64,000 nucleotides of DNA from Phoronis australis. Taxonomy: Eukaryota > Animalia > Phoronida. Under the pieces are notes generated by a model. It did no database searches and was not told where the DNA came from. It saw nothing but the letters and a program-made list of their open reading frames with translations. Both the position numbers and the translations under genes were made by a program. This document shows positions 1-13,015 of the stretch, piece by piece (the stretch's first letter is position 1; each line of letters starts with the position of its first letter). Where the stretch lies: contig NMRA01000112.1 of assembly GCA_002633005.1 (NCBI GenBank), positions 182,275 through 246,274 of the forward strand, in the 5' to 3' direction.

Positions 1-221
1 GGTTCAACAAACCATGAAGAATTGTTCTTTTTCCCAATACCATTCACGGTGTCCTGTTCCGGCGACTTCGTAAGAAATTCGCAGTCAAAGAACAAAAATG
101 TTCACAAAAAACCCCCGCGCACGTCCATCGGTTGCCGCTCGAGGTCAAGGACGGTACGGAAATTGACGGTGAGTTACGGAAGTACCGACATCGTGACTTT
201 ACGCGACCTATGTCGGTACTT

Positions 222-820
222 CCGTTTGGGAAACCGGGTTTCACTGGCAACTGCTGTAGGCTCACTACAATAAGCGTCCCCTCCCTGTGAAATCAGCGAC
301 GCATCAGTTGGCAAGTTTTCGCCCTGTGCACAATTTTTTGAACAATTATTGTAATTTAACAACGGAAGTTGATAGCAATGCACCACAATTTTGTAGAAAG
401 GCTGTCATAGGCTACAACTACGTCACAGAGCGTAAATTTGATGAATCCTAGCTTCCGATTTTACCCGTTTGGGAAACCGGGTTTCACTGGCAACTGCTGT
501 AGGCTCACTACAATAAGCGTCCCCTCCCTGTGAAATCAAATTTTCTAAGTGTTTGTTTGAGCCAATACAGTATATACAGCTTTCCACCAAGGCTAGGTGA
601 TGCAAGACATTATTCTTTGTTGCATTATAGTAACTGGTCTTGGCTAATTATTTTATGCCCTGGTCATCCATTCAGCCAAAAGTAGTTCCAGAGGTGGCTT
701 ATCAGCCAATTATTCACGCATGCTGACTCACAATAGAAGCCTGATAAGAGTGAAGGTGGATAAATGCAGTGTTCCTACAGTTTCTTGTTTTAGTGGACAT
801 GTTCAGGACATGGCAAATTT
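222..820. repeat. Partial copy of the dispersed element at 15213-15930, with an internal 74-bp duplication
   Basis: 222-295 is repeated at 465-538; 292-820 aligns colinearly with about 15213-15930 (e.g. ggtcatccattcagccaaaagtagttcca, attattcacgcatgctgactcacaatagaagcctgata). Confidence 0.85.
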
Positions 821-930
821 AACGGCTATTAAAACGTAATCCATAAATTTTCCCAATCTACAGTTTCAGGCCACTGAATATTATGTGTAGTTAGGTGACT
901 TGTTATTTAGTAGTTGTGGTCATACATGTA

Positions 931-1158
931 CAGTAAAATCTCACCAATTTGGGAGAACAAGATTGCCAGAATTGTTCCTAAATCCATTTTTCAAAGATAA
1001 TCAACAGTGTCGTGATTGTCCGCAATTTCTCACGAATCATTTGTCTGGCAGTAGCTGTAGTATAGACGGTTGAAAATAGCGTTTATTTGGCGTTACTTGT
1101 CTTTCATGAAACAAAATAAAATTTCACCATTGTGTATTTGGTTGATGGGATTTCACTG
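931..1158. mobile_element. Tc1/mariner-pogo (Tigger-like) MITE
   Basis: TA|cagtaaaatctcacc ... gatgggatttcactg|TA: imperfect TIRs starting CAGT and TA target duplication. Confidence 0.65.
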
Positions 1159-3191
1159 TAAGTAGTAATCGCCACAGCTGACTACATTAAAACTTATTTA
1201 TTGTTAAAAATATACACCTACCTCATTTCATGTCAGGTGCTGGAATTTATTTCTTATCAGTCGGGTTTTCAGAATAAAGGATGTTTTGTGATGACATGTC
1301 TAACACTATTATGATGTGATTTGGATCTGGAAATGGGGACAGAAAGACGCAGTCTTATCAATAATGTTGCAGGTGTTGGATGTTTCCTCATTCCATGGGG
1401 GCATTTTGGTTCTTGCAACTTTTACACAAGAATAGTCATTTACTTCCAACGCATATTAAGGTATGACACGGTGCACGTTGATAAGTGTTTACTACCGTTT
1501 ACATTGCATCCTGGGAAATTGTCTAGTGAGCATAGAAGCTAGTGTCTGAAGTTAAGTTACACATGTTCAGGTTTACATTGCATATTTGATGCTCTTGATC
1601 TGAAGTGGGTGTCTTCCTTAATGTCTCAAATTTCTAGCGAGAAAAACAAGATCATGCAAGCAAAATTATATTGTTCAAAGGTGACTAATATTTCACCAAT
1701 ATGCTCAAGCCCTTACTAGTGTAATGAAATAAAATGGCAGCCACTGATGTGATTGGTCGGTGTGGTTAGAATATGGAATAATGGGGTAGAGCTTAATGTT
1801 GCTGTTCATGAGTGAAAATATTTTTGTTGCAAGTCCTTGACTAATATATTGGGTTTGCAGAACACAACGGTGGTCATTCGCATATCCCGACCACTTTCTG
1901 TTTAGATGAGTATAAATGATAGAGGAAAGGCGTGCTGACCAGACTTAAAATGTTTGCGAGATACAGGAAAGACAGTCAAGTTACACTTCCTCAAAAATAG
2001 GTGACAAGTTATTTTTGTTTGAATTTCAGAAACTAAATTGTGTCCGGGGCGTTTATCTGTTACAGAAGCCAAGAAGCCATTTTGAAAAAATTTGCTGCTG
2101 AAGGTGCAGTTTGGGATTACTGATATATGATTGGTTGCCTCTACCTGCTAAACATCTGATGTAACACTGGTATATTATTAGAGCTGTATTATATTGGCAA
2201 ATGAACATTACCATGATGTAAACATTTGCGTGTTCTGGCTGGATCAGGGTCCTCTCGCCCGGTGCGGTAACCACCCTGCGTTTTGAACTATGTAGTAATA
2301 TGAACTGATATACTACTTGGTTTTTATGAGCTTTAGGTTTGATGGCCGTTTGTTTTCTAGTAAACTCAATCCTTCCAATTTTCACAACAGTTAATTGGTA
2401 GTTGTGGAGGCCCGGGGCATTCATCCAATTTATGAAACTGCTGGGTTCACACTTAGTCTGAGCTGGGGCACTTACTCCATTTAGAGCTATGTGTATGGAA
2501 ATATTACAGCAGATGGCGTGTTACAAAATACCAGGAGAAATGGGGAACAGTCACAGATCACAGCTTAAAAGTAAACATCAAAATAGTGAAGAAGTTATTG
2601 GAGAAATTCAAAAGATTTCTCCAAAACAATCCTTATCTCCTCTAAAGGGTATGTTTACAGCACATGCAAGTAAGGCATTGTGTAAGCCTATCTGGGCTGG
2701 CATTGTTATCATTAGAGGTGGGCCTGAACATACAAAATGTCAGGTTCATTTGGGTCAGTAAGTTGACCTTGACAATGTTTTGCTGGGAGTTATCACCAGT
2801 GATCGCTGTCTGACCCTTTGAGTAGTTTTAGACTAAGTGGAAACTAGGTTCAAGTTTAGCTTTGTTCAATGCCCTGAAATATCTAAATATGGTCTCTGGT
2901 TGGTAGGTATAGGTAAGAAAATGTTAGATGCCAGCATGCTGGAAGTACCAGGTGTGCTCAACTGGGGTACGCAGTACATTTTGTGGAATCAGAAGAGCAA
3001 AGTATTGTATCCATGGATAGTTAAAATCTCACTAATTTAGGCCATAATATGTGAAACTGGCATGGGAACACTATTTCAGATATGAATACCATAATTTCTG
3101 TTGTAAGTGGTGTTGACATTGATCCAGTTAAGTGACTGCCATCCCGTGATCTTGTGAGGTCAGGAAACCTTTGTAAGTGATCTGGGTTGAG

Positions 3192-3282
3192 TTCAGTTAC
3201 ACTAGGACCTCGCTAAAAAGCAAGACTTTGAGAGATTATGTGAGATATTGCCGTGTATTTCAAACGAGAACACATTTGGCTA
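3192..3282. repeat. Fragment of the MITE family present at 40584-40742 (inverted)
   Basis: ctaggacctcgctaaaaagcaagactt...gatattgccgtgtattt is the reverse complement of about 40640-40725. Confidence 0.75.
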
Positions 3283-5738
3283 GTTTTTTTCAAGCCACAA
3301 GAAAGCTACTGAACTCTACTGTGTTTTGTTTCTTGCGAATAAATATCAAATGGGAGCCTATGACCAAATTTCTTTTCAAGTCGTCACTTTTCAGGAAACA
3401 GACCCCAGCTTGGCCATTTAGTGTTCTTTCTCGTAGGAGGCACAGAGCAGTTCTCGCAGGGGTTTGCCTGTCAGAACACACGTCAATGGACTCTTCACTC
3501 TTTCTTCACTCTGTCAAGAACTGCATGCTAATGAAGAAAAGTTTTGAGTCATTTCATATCACAAGCCCTACAGATGAGCACAGAATCTTTATTCTCTCTT
3601 GTATTTTTGACCCTTTCACTCCCAATGAAAACCAAGCTAGACTAAGAAAAATAAGGGCAAAAAAATGCAAAATCGCCACTTTTCACCCCAAAACCACCAC
3701 TTTCCTGCCGATGCCCGACTAAAGCCAACATTAGATTCTAAAAGGAAATTTCCTACCAATTCCAAAAATGTGGTCCAAAAGTACTGTCAACTGGGTAGTT
3801 TTACGCAAATCTGGCTTGTTTGAGGGCTACCTGAAATAGCGCCCATTTTCTCAGTTGTTACACAACAATGCACAATGCAACATGAGGCGGCCATCTTGAA
3901 GGAGAGTGCAGCTACAGCCATGAGTGTGGCCTTCTTTTATTCTCGGCATGTTCACAAATACAAACAAATTAAATCGCATTCACTTGGCCTACATACAATA
4001 CCTAACTAAAAAATGCCCCCAAGCCTGGCCTACCCGTAGATTTTAATATTTTGGGAGTGCAAATTGGCCGCGGCAGCAGGCTAACTGTTCAGTGCCACCT
4101 GAGTTCTAGAAAATGTGATAAGGGTGATCGTTGTAGTTTGGAAACGCAAGTGCTCCAAACGCATTGTTCTTGGACGTAGTTTCAACATTGGAGCCCTCAT
4201 CGTTTTAGGATCAGTGTTGTGAGGTCAGCGTTGTGAGATCATCAGAAGACGACTCAAATATTCTTGTAATGAAATTGAGCTTTCTAACTATTGTTGACTG
4301 TTCATAATTTTCCATTTGCCTGTTGGGGTCAGGGGAAGAGAAAAGTATAGCAGTATGACAACTCGGCTTTATCACTTAATCGCCCACTATTTACTTTCCA
4401 CATGCCTCGCAAGAGTTATTTTTAACAATTTCCTTTTATTTTCCGAAAGCAAATCAGACACTGTGCATGCTTCCTCTAAATTTAATATTTTTAGCAACAA
4501 TTAGAAAATTTGTATTTTTAGCTGGTTAAAAAAGACATTCAGATCAAATAAATGAATATTTACAAGTGATATTTTTAAGTAGTTGATCACGTTCATCTCT
4601 TGACAGGTGGCAGACCTCCCTCACTTTCTTTTCAGTTAATGCTTTGTGTAAACATACAACTTTTAATTATGACTGTCTTGAGTGTTGCATATAACTTTTT
4701 ATACAACTTTTGACTTATAGTCATATCGGAACACCTTTCTGTTTAACTCAAATCTCGAAAGCGGAGCCATATACAAAAAATCTTAATGTGAAGACAGGAC
4801 TTAAGGGAGGGTTTGCATGCTGTTTTACTTCAGTTGTTTTACCAGGTTTCTTCAAGGAACTATTATTAACAATAGGTGGACATAGCAGTGGCATATATAG
4901 CTCATTCTAAATGCCACTCTGCTTTTGTTGCATTGTGTTAACGTTCAACACTTGATTCAGGAATAACAATAAGTCTTAATAAATACTCCTGTTTTTATAA
5001 ATGTGGCCTGTTTCCGCTGTTTTTGACGTCATTGCCCAAATTAACACATAAAACCTCAATGGGCATTCTTGCTGTTTGAAAAGCATGTCTGCCAATGAAC
5101 CCTTGAACCCTACCTTGGAATTGGCTTTTGTGCAGAAATGTTGGTATATGACTTCCGTGACCAATCCAACTGGCCGAATACACCATGGCTGACAAGCCAA
5201 AATATTGTTAAGTTCTAGCATGTCTGTGGCCATTCCTTTTGAGGCGTAGCAATTACGTAGTGTTGCCAAGATTTTGTTAGATTCATACCAGTAACATAAG
5301 ATCAGCTGAGAAAAAAATCTACGAACTATTAGTATTTTTCTTGTATTGATCAAATGACTATTTCACTGTTAGTAGTAATCATGTCAGTGTTGTGAAACCA
5401 CCTGACCTGAATGATTTGGTTCGTTGTGGATTACGTGATGTTAAGCATGGAGAGATAAATAAACCCCACTGTTGTGAGCAGTCTTGATTATGATTACGAT
5501 AAAATATCAACAACTTCGGATAAAATGAAATTGCCAAAAATGCCCATTTTTCAAGGAGTGCTCAAACATACGGTTAATTATTAAAAGTGTTCATTGTTGT
5601 CTCCTGATCATCATGATGGTGGTAAATAGCAAGAATTACTTACTTGGAGATATTAGTGAGTTGAGCATAACATTTCAAGCCTGCAGGTTGTGATCAAGGG
5701 CCTGAGCTGCAGGCTTGCCGTTAGGCTCAACTAACTTA

Positions 5739-5965
5739 CGGTAAAGTCGCGTGATTTTCGGACGGCCCGCCATTTTCGACCAAGAATAAATATTTCCGAA
5801 ATGAGTTTTTCATGGTCCACGAAATTCGTACAAGGTCCAAAAACTGTTTTTCAATGATCCTCGAATTTCGGTCAATGTCATAAACGTCGGATTTTTGTCC
5901 CGCGACTTTCGGACAACGAAAATTTTAGAAACGCTAATTTAGGATCGACGCAACTCCTGTGTCAC
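5739..5965. mobile_element. One end of a young pogo/Tc-like DNA transposon inserted at TA, truncated by an assembly N
   Basis: Starts TA|cggtaaagtcgcgtgattttcgg, CpG-rich relative to flanks, ends at N 5966; flanked by identical 73-bp copies 5666-5738 and 5967-6039. Confidence 0.6.
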
Positions 5966-6550
5966 NCATAACATTTCAAGCCTGCAGGTTGTGATCAAGG
6001 GCCTGAGCTGCAGGCTTGCCGTTAGGCTCAACTAACTTAATGTCTCCTAGCTCTACTTTTGTCTTGTTTTTACCTTCTCAAACATATGGTAGTGGATGCC
6101 TGCAATTTTTTTAACTTATTACGCACCCACACAGGAGAATGAGTATCCCAATTGACCAGTGGGCCAGTCATGATACCCTACAGTAGGGTGCTGTAACTGG
6201 CACACCAATGTTTACATAGAGCTCTCTTATTGTCTGCTTTCACCTGATGCCCAAGTAATCCAGTGGTATTATGTATACAGGACCCCTGGCCCTAACCGAT
6301 ATTTAAAAATACTATTTGCAAATGACTTTCAACAAATGTTGTGAAGCAGATGTGGTTTGTATGAAATACTTACAACAAAAAAATTTGAATGGAGAAAAAC
6401 GCACTGGCAGAAAACTTGGACTTCAATTTCACCTGTTGATTCCTTGGTGTGACTGTTAAGGCTGACCAACTTAACCATAGTATTTTGTTCCAACACAAAA
6501 AGCTCGCTTGACAAGTTTAACCAGTGTAGTTCTTCATTAGACCCTCATAA

Positions 6551-7051
6551 GGCCCTTTCATATATTGGTCTGACTGAGCGAGCATCCACCTAAACAGCGC
6601 TGTTAGCTGGACCGTTCACACTGGCTTCGGTAGTTAATGAACATCGAAGTAAACTGTAGGTGAAGCTGTTGTCATCGAAGTTATCGCAAGGTAGCGCTGC
6701 ATGCTTAGATTTTTTTCAGTGTGACAATTTGGGAACATTTACATGTGCTTAAATTGACATTTAACTAATTTTTAAATCGATTGGTTATTATGAGAGCAAA
6801 ATATAAGCAGCTATTAGTGGTGGCACTATCCTGTAATTGTTGACGATAACAGTGGCACCTGGCGATAACTTCGATTGGACCGAAGTTAACTGTTCATACT
6901 GCACCGCAGCATTGTTGCTGCGCTGTTAAATCCACCTGTTAACAGCGATGTTAACTGGAGCTGTTAACTGCGATCCTGGACTGGAGTTTAGCGTTCATAC
7001 TGACCGCAACTCTCCAAACCATCGACGCGTAGACTTTAGTATGAAAGGCCC
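6551..7051. mobile_element. PIF/Harbinger-like MITE
   Basis: taa|ggccctttcata ... tatgaaaggccc imperfect TIRs; internal repeats of gttca(c/t)actg. Confidence 0.6.
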
Positions 7052-8483
7052 GGCTAATAATTCTTGATTTTTACATTCCATGACAATGGTAGGTACTGTG
7101 GTCTGATGGTAGCCATGGCACAAAACTTGAAGATGGAAATGCATTTAATTTGGTGCTACACGGATTAAAAAGGTTAAAATGAAATTGCATTAGCCGGCTG
7201 TTAAATTGCCGAGATTGTATCATAGTAGTGTGTGCCAAATTGTTCAAAATTTTAAGGTTAGAATGGCAAAGTAGAATAGTTATTATCTAAAACTAGCTAG
7301 TTGATGACTCTATGAAGTTTTGTTACGAAAAGAATTTGAGCAGATTTTGTTAGCTATAGTAAACACCACTTATTGGCACTGTGAGTATTTTATGTAGTGT
7401 TAACTGCTTCTTTAATGTTGTGAGCTCTAGCTGATGTTGGCAAAATCTGACTTTGCTGAACGCTGAAATGCCTAACTTGAATGCCAGCCAAAGTTTTAAA
7501 CCTGTCACCATAGTTTTTAAACTTGTTGCATCTTGCCCAAACTAGACACGGCAAAATCCAAACTCGTTACAGCGACAGGTCATAAGAACACTGTTGTGCA
7601 TTGTATTTTTCGTCATAAACATCAAAAAATAAGAAAAAGAAACACAATCAGGTGTTTCATTTTGTCTTAACTTTAGTCATTGAGGGAGCTTAAGGTAGTT
7701 AGAGCTTAGAACTAGATGAACTGGAATCATATGCCAAATCCTGCCAGTGATTGCTGCCCTCTTCTGGAAAACCTTCCGACTCTGAAATTTCACTGAGCTG
7801 GCCTCATGACTTTGCTTTGTTTATTTCGGTTGTTCACTGGACTGAATTTTAATCAAGTGTCATGGCTATCAAATTAAGACGTAGATACTTTAATGTGAAT
7901 GCCATATTAAGTCATAGTTTTGTGACAAAGAATAACATGTGCATAAAAAGTTTCCTCTAGTTCAGAATCATGTTGTATACCAGTTATCTTGCCATTCTGG
8001 TGGTTGTAACCTTCTGACCCCTGCTGTGAGACTTTATACGTTGGGCATTTTGGTTTGCACTTTGTCTTAAGATGACTGTGAGTGTATGTTAAGTCTGAAA
8101 TTCCCAGCGGAGGCGCCACCTTTACCTTCATTTGCTAATCTGGGCTTTTGGGTAACCCTTGTAGTGCTATACACTGTAAACAGTGTCCTGACCAGCTGGC
8201 TGGCTATTTTTAGGTTAAGCTCAATATTAACACACTCAATTGTTTTAATCAAAGATTTAACAAACCAGTTTAATACCATGTATTATACGTCACTGTGAAG
8301 CTCATAAAATCAGCTTCATCTCTATCATATTAATCAGGAAGATAATTATGATATATGCTGCTGATGACCAATGGAACACCGGTAATGGTCTAAAATACAG
8401 CAGTTTTCAATATTCTCATCTCATGCAAATAAACACAAGAATTGGCTGTCCATGCGCTAATTAACTTTTTATTTTCTGTTTAG

Positions 8484-8696
8484 CTTGCGACTTTCCGGCC
8501 ATTGCAAATGGCCATACAACATGTAAGGGAGAACTTAATGACGGGAAAAAGGATCCGCTGAAAATGTTCCCGGACTCCGAGTGCTTTTTTACGTGTGACA
8601 GGGGCTTCAAACTGGTTGGAAGCGAAAGTGTCAAGTGTGAAGACAAGCCACGCCAACCCTTAACAGTTACTGCTGCTCTTCCTCGTTGCATAGCTG
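8484..8696 (+). CDS. Sushi/CCP type I membrane receptor, exon A (6-Cys sushi domain); gene is 5'-incomplete in this window
   Basis: Acceptor ttttattttctgtttag and donor g|gtgagc; 213 nt, phase 1-1; translates xCDFPAIANGHTTCKGELNDGKKDPLKMFPDSECFFTCDRGFKLVGSESVKCEDKPRQPLTVTAALPRCIA, matching the CCP pattern C..P...NG..C...C.F.C..GF.L.GS....C....P.C. Confidence 0.88.
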
Positions 8697-9357
8697 GTGA
8701 GCAATCTCTGTTGCAGTAATGTTATGTCCTTTTATGTTTACTCCTTTGTGTGTGACATGTGCACACAGGTTTAGTGTGGTCGCTATATAGGTTGATTTTT
8801 TTGTCAAATCTGTTGGCAAAAATAATCATTCAATGAAAACTTTAGTTCATTGTCATGGTAAACTAACACCATTTTCATACAAACTAATTCGCAAGATGGA
8901 TGTTTTTGTTCTTTGAAGATCTCTAGATATCTTCCTTTATGGTAGCGAACTTAAAAATGGCATAGCATTTGGTTGGTATAGCATTTGGTTGGTCTAACTT
9001 ATCTTTCATGAGATATCAAAAACAAAATTTCACTTGTTTGCCGTAGTGTGTTTTAAATTGATGAGACTTTAATGTTTTGTGATTTACACTGCTGTTCCAG
9101 AACAAATGTTGCAAATTTTTATCGAAAGCAACCTTTAATTTTTTATTGTGTTTACACCAAGACAGGTTTAGTGCTGTGTATTTTGTGTTAACGTTGTTTT
9201 TTACACGGTTTTAAGTCGGGAATTACTCGCACCTCTTTACACCACTAGCAACGCATACTTCTTATTTGTTTGAAGTGTACAAACACAGGTAGTGCTCTTT
9301 TTGTTTACATCCTTTCCATGTTTTGCTTTTGAATATCAACGAGACTACATTTTTTAG

Positions 9358-9630
9358 ATGAGAGTCAAACTACCGTGGCTGGCCATGATAACAGTTTGAC
9401 TGAGATAAGCACAGGTTCAGACGTGGATAGAGGTCAGAATGCAGTAGTCACAGAATTGACAAAAGGAATTACGCTAGATGCTGAAATTCCAGGCCCTGGC
9501 TCAACTACAAGTGACGGATGGGCTGACGGTGCCAACAACCCACGATTGAAAACCAACGAGTCTGATCTCTCAGTAAACCCCAAGTTATTTCCTGCCCAAG
9601 ACCGAGACAATCGTACAGGCTCAGTACCTG
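9358..9630 (+). CDS. Sushi receptor exon B: Ser/Thr/Asp-rich extracellular stalk
   Basis: Acceptor catttttttag-type tract ending 9357 and donor g|gtgagt; 273 nt, phase 1-1, open frame DESQTTVAGHDNSLTEISTGSD...DRDNRTGSVP (ORF track 9375-9647); N-glycosylation sequons NES and NRT. Confidence 0.82.
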
Positions 9631-10515
9631 GTGAGTTGTTTGCTTAATAGTTTTCACCACTTTAGTTCATTATTATATTTTATCAGTTAGCAATTTCAAA
9701 AATGCACGGTTATTGTGTATGAATTTTTGGAACACAACCAATGGAGTTGATTGCTGCTCAAATGTTTGGCTCCTTATAACCCAAATAGCCTCCCTGTCTC
9801 TTCTCAGGTCACTTTCACTGTCAGTTGAACAAGCATCCTCCCGTGAATGGAACGATTGCAAAACCGTGATATTATGGTGCAGTGAGGAGTATTGTTATTG
9901 TCCTTGATGTTTTCTTTGTCAAAATGTGTCTGCTGCAGTGTAATCAGCGGTGTTGTTGTTGCATGATTTTGCCATCATTGTCAATGTTGGCTGCGGTGTT
10001 GACACCATCAAAACCTTTGGCATTGACATTGCAGTCATCGCACTAGTGTTGTTATCGCACCCCCGCTGTTGGCATTGGTGTCATCTTTGTTCTTGTCTCC
10101 ATTGTTGGCAATATCACTGTTGTTGTTAACGATGTGGTTGTCATAGGTGTTGCCATGTTTGTCAACACAATGGACCTCAGAGTTCAAACATTGCTTGTGG
10201 GGTAAACTCTGTGTTGTCAGCGGTCTCGTGGTCTTTGAAGTCATCACTGTTGGTATCGTGGGTGTCTTTTCGCAGCTGCCTTTATTATCAACCATTTCTT
10301 CTGCCAATTCGTCAAGTGCCGTCTTTCAGAGCATTTTCATTTCAAAATTATTTTTTATGGATGGGGGAAGGAGGGCTGTGGCTTCTAGGTTCCCATAACC
10401 CCCTATCCATTCACATGAACCTAGAGAGATATGCGGAAAAATGTTAAAAGGAACGTACTAATATAACCTAAGCTCCTTTCCTTTCACAAAAGAAATACTA
10501 ATTTTGTTCTTACAG

Positions 10516-10605
10516 TTGTGGGCATTATTTTGGGATCACTAGGCAGCGTGGTGCTTGTTATTGTTGTGGCCCTTCTCATCTATTGCAAGCGCAGAACGAC
10601 CTCAG
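10516..10605 (+). CDS. Sushi receptor exon C: transmembrane helix and basic stop-transfer
   Basis: Acceptor ttttgttcttacag, donor cag|gtgagt; 90 nt, phase 1-1; VVGIILGSLGSVVLVIVVALLIYCKRRTTS. Confidence 0.88.
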
Positions 10606-10761
10606 GTGAGTGACATAGATACAGGCTTAAGGTGATTTTCAGACTTTTGGCTCATGAAGGAGGGGGGAGGTTGAGGGTAAGGATGCATCAAACACTCACG
10701 CATGTTTGTAAGGAATAGAATGTGTAGCAAATATATGGTACTAAATAGTGTATTTGAGATG

Positions 10762-11100
10762 TACCGTAAACGTCCAGGTTAACGCCCATGTTCACCTAAC
10801 CTCCATCCCCTACTTTAGGTGGATTTTCGATTTAACCGCCCACTGCTCGGTAAACCGCCCATCTGCGATTTTTGAAGATTTCCAGTGAAGCGCCCACCTC
10901 TCGGTTAAGCGCCCATCCCGGACTTTTCAATATTGATGATTATGCACCCAGTCCTAAGGAAACGTGCGATTACCCATTTTTAAATAAAAATCGATGATAA
11001 CAAAGAGTGCAACGGCAGCGTCGGAGACGGTGGTTTGGCAATGTGAATTATAATACAAGTAACAAATTATTGTCCTGGGTCATGGATTTGCTTCAAAACG
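10762..11100. mobile_element. Terminus of pogo/Tc-like DNA transposon (right end not identified)
   Basis: TA|ccgtaaacgtcc start followed by repeated subterminal cgccca(c/t) motifs; CpG-rich. Confidence 0.45.
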
Positions 11101-12104
11101 TAATACCTTGAATGCTTTGTCACTTTATTTTTTTTCCCATGGTCGCAAAACTAAGAACCCCGCTGGCTTCAATGCCTACGATTTCAGCAATGCCGTCTGC
11201 CGAGCTAAGTTTCCATCTGCATTGCTTTAGATAAAACATATATTCAAAAAAATAAATCCAGAGAAACGTGACAGTGGTCTTGGCAACATGGAAAGCTCTC
11301 GGATTTTGAAGTATCACCTTAACTTTGTGAATATTGTTTCCACCTACCTATTTGGCCCTCCCGATTAATTTTGTTTCTTCATTGGCTAGTTTCAGCCAGA
11401 ACAAAATCCTTCCCATTCGAGTCTGAAATATCTGACGTAGGCTGACTGAAAATTGGCAGTAATGAGGGAGGGGGTGAATCCCTCAGGCCCAGGGAACATC
11501 AAGCCGCAAATTATCAGAACTGGGACTTCACGTCGCAGTTTTGGGGAACGTTGGTTTTTTTTAAACAACCGGAGACCCAAGTTCAGTATCAAATAAACAC
11601 CTAGTCAGCTTAAACCTACAGTCAAGCTGCTATACTCTTATACTTTGTACTGTCGCTGTTCTCTTTTGATTTGCGACTTTGGTGTGGTGCGCGCGTGAGT
11701 TCCCATGCTCTGGAGTGCAAGTTACCTCAACTGCATATGTGAGTGACAGGTGACTCATATGCGCGTGCTCAACCCCGGAAAGAAGGTCTTGAGAATTTAT
11801 TTGCCATAAAGTCGAGACGCATATTGAAACAGGCTGTTATATTACTTGCTGCCAATTTGTGGGGACAGTGTCGCAGTACGATATTGTAGGTGATATTATA
11901 ATTGGATAATCTGGAAATCTTGCATGTAAAGTAAAGTGTTTTTCCACCGCAAAATATGGTAAGTTGACCGTTTAACAACAAATAGAAACATCGCTGTTTT
12001 GTGACGTTTTGTCACATATATATACCGTAAGAGTATGACATTAAGCAAACTCCACTGTGCATCAAAACGATCATGACAGCATGGTTTCATTTTCTCTTCT
12101 GTGT

Positions 12105-12285
12105 CATTTGGTAGAACCCTGCGACCAGTTAAGTGGCCCTAAGCTATCCATTTGGTAAAACCCTGCGACCAGTTAAGTGGCCCTAAGCTATCCATTTGGT
12201 AAAACCCTGCCACCAGTTAAGTGGCCCTGAGCTATCCATTTGGTAGAACCCTGTGACCAGTTAAGTGGCCCTTAGCTATCCATTT
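12105..12285. repeat. Minisatellite, 4 x 44 bp
   Basis: Unit catttggtagaaccctgcgaccagttaagtggccctaagctatc starting 12105, 12149, 12193, 12237. Confidence 0.95.
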
Positions 12286-12916
12286 CCCAGCTGTTTACTT
12301 GGTCACCTTGAGTGTGATTACTCGCCAGGGTTAATGTGTCTTCCTGGCGATATTATACGTCTGGGATAAGTTCACTTCCACTGTTTCTTATGATGAAATC
12401 ATGCTCACTAGTCTTAAAAATGGTCAACCGAGTGCTTATTGGCTTTTGTTTGTCGTGAAGTGGCATTGGGGGTTTTGGTCCATCATGTAATAGGTTAATA
12501 TGAGTGGCGAAAACACTAGCCACAGTCAAGCTGTCCGCAAAATGGTAGTTTTCGCCAGCTGTTAGTTTGTTTCCTCACCAGCCAAGCCACTTTTTAGGGA
12601 AAATTGATGTCAAAACACGTTCACTATCTGTCATAAATTGATTGATGTGAGGATAGAACAAAGGCACACGACGTGTCCTTTGAAGTAAAAGGTGTGACTA
12701 CGAAAAGTGCTAGCAAAAATGCCAGTTGTTTTGGGGTGTTGGGATTGTTTGTGACCGTTCACATGAAGGGTTTTTGCTGCTACTAAAATGCTAGTTAAAA
12801 TGCTATTGTTTTAATCAGCATGTGACCTGAGTAATTGGGAATTAATGGGACATGAGCTAACTTATGGAGTTCCTGTTAGTGTACTATTCATCAACTGATA
12901 AATTTTCTCATTTTAG

Positions 12917-13015
12917 ATTCTAAGAATTGCATAGAGCGTGCAGGAGAGGAGTCATTGAATTGTGGCACGACCTCTGTTGACACTAGCATTAGTAGTGATG
13001 CAAGCTGTCAGAAGG
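12917..13015 (+). CDS. Sushi receptor exon D: cytoplasmic tail
   Basis: Acceptor ttttctcattttag, donor g|gtaaga; 99 nt, phase 1-1; DSKNCIERAGEESLNCGTTSVDTSISSDASCQK. Confidence 0.75.

Noticed and set aside
1373-1460. Possible upstream exon of the sushi gene (tgcag|...aag|gtatga)
   Set aside because: 88 nt, weak pyrimidine tract, no recognisable domain; the only reading that would end in phase 1 to join exon A contains a TAG stop
3177-3722. 181-aa ORF
   Set aside because: GTG start, overlaps MITE fragments, no recognisable protein features
8355-8405. Hammerhead ribozyme-like ctgatgacca...tggtctaaaa
   Set aside because: Lacks the required GAAA and convincing stems I/III
9930-10400. ORFs 10035-10307 (-) and 10147-10398 (+)
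   Set aside because: Decayed gtt/gtc trinucleotide low-complexity intron sequence without splice signals or domain features
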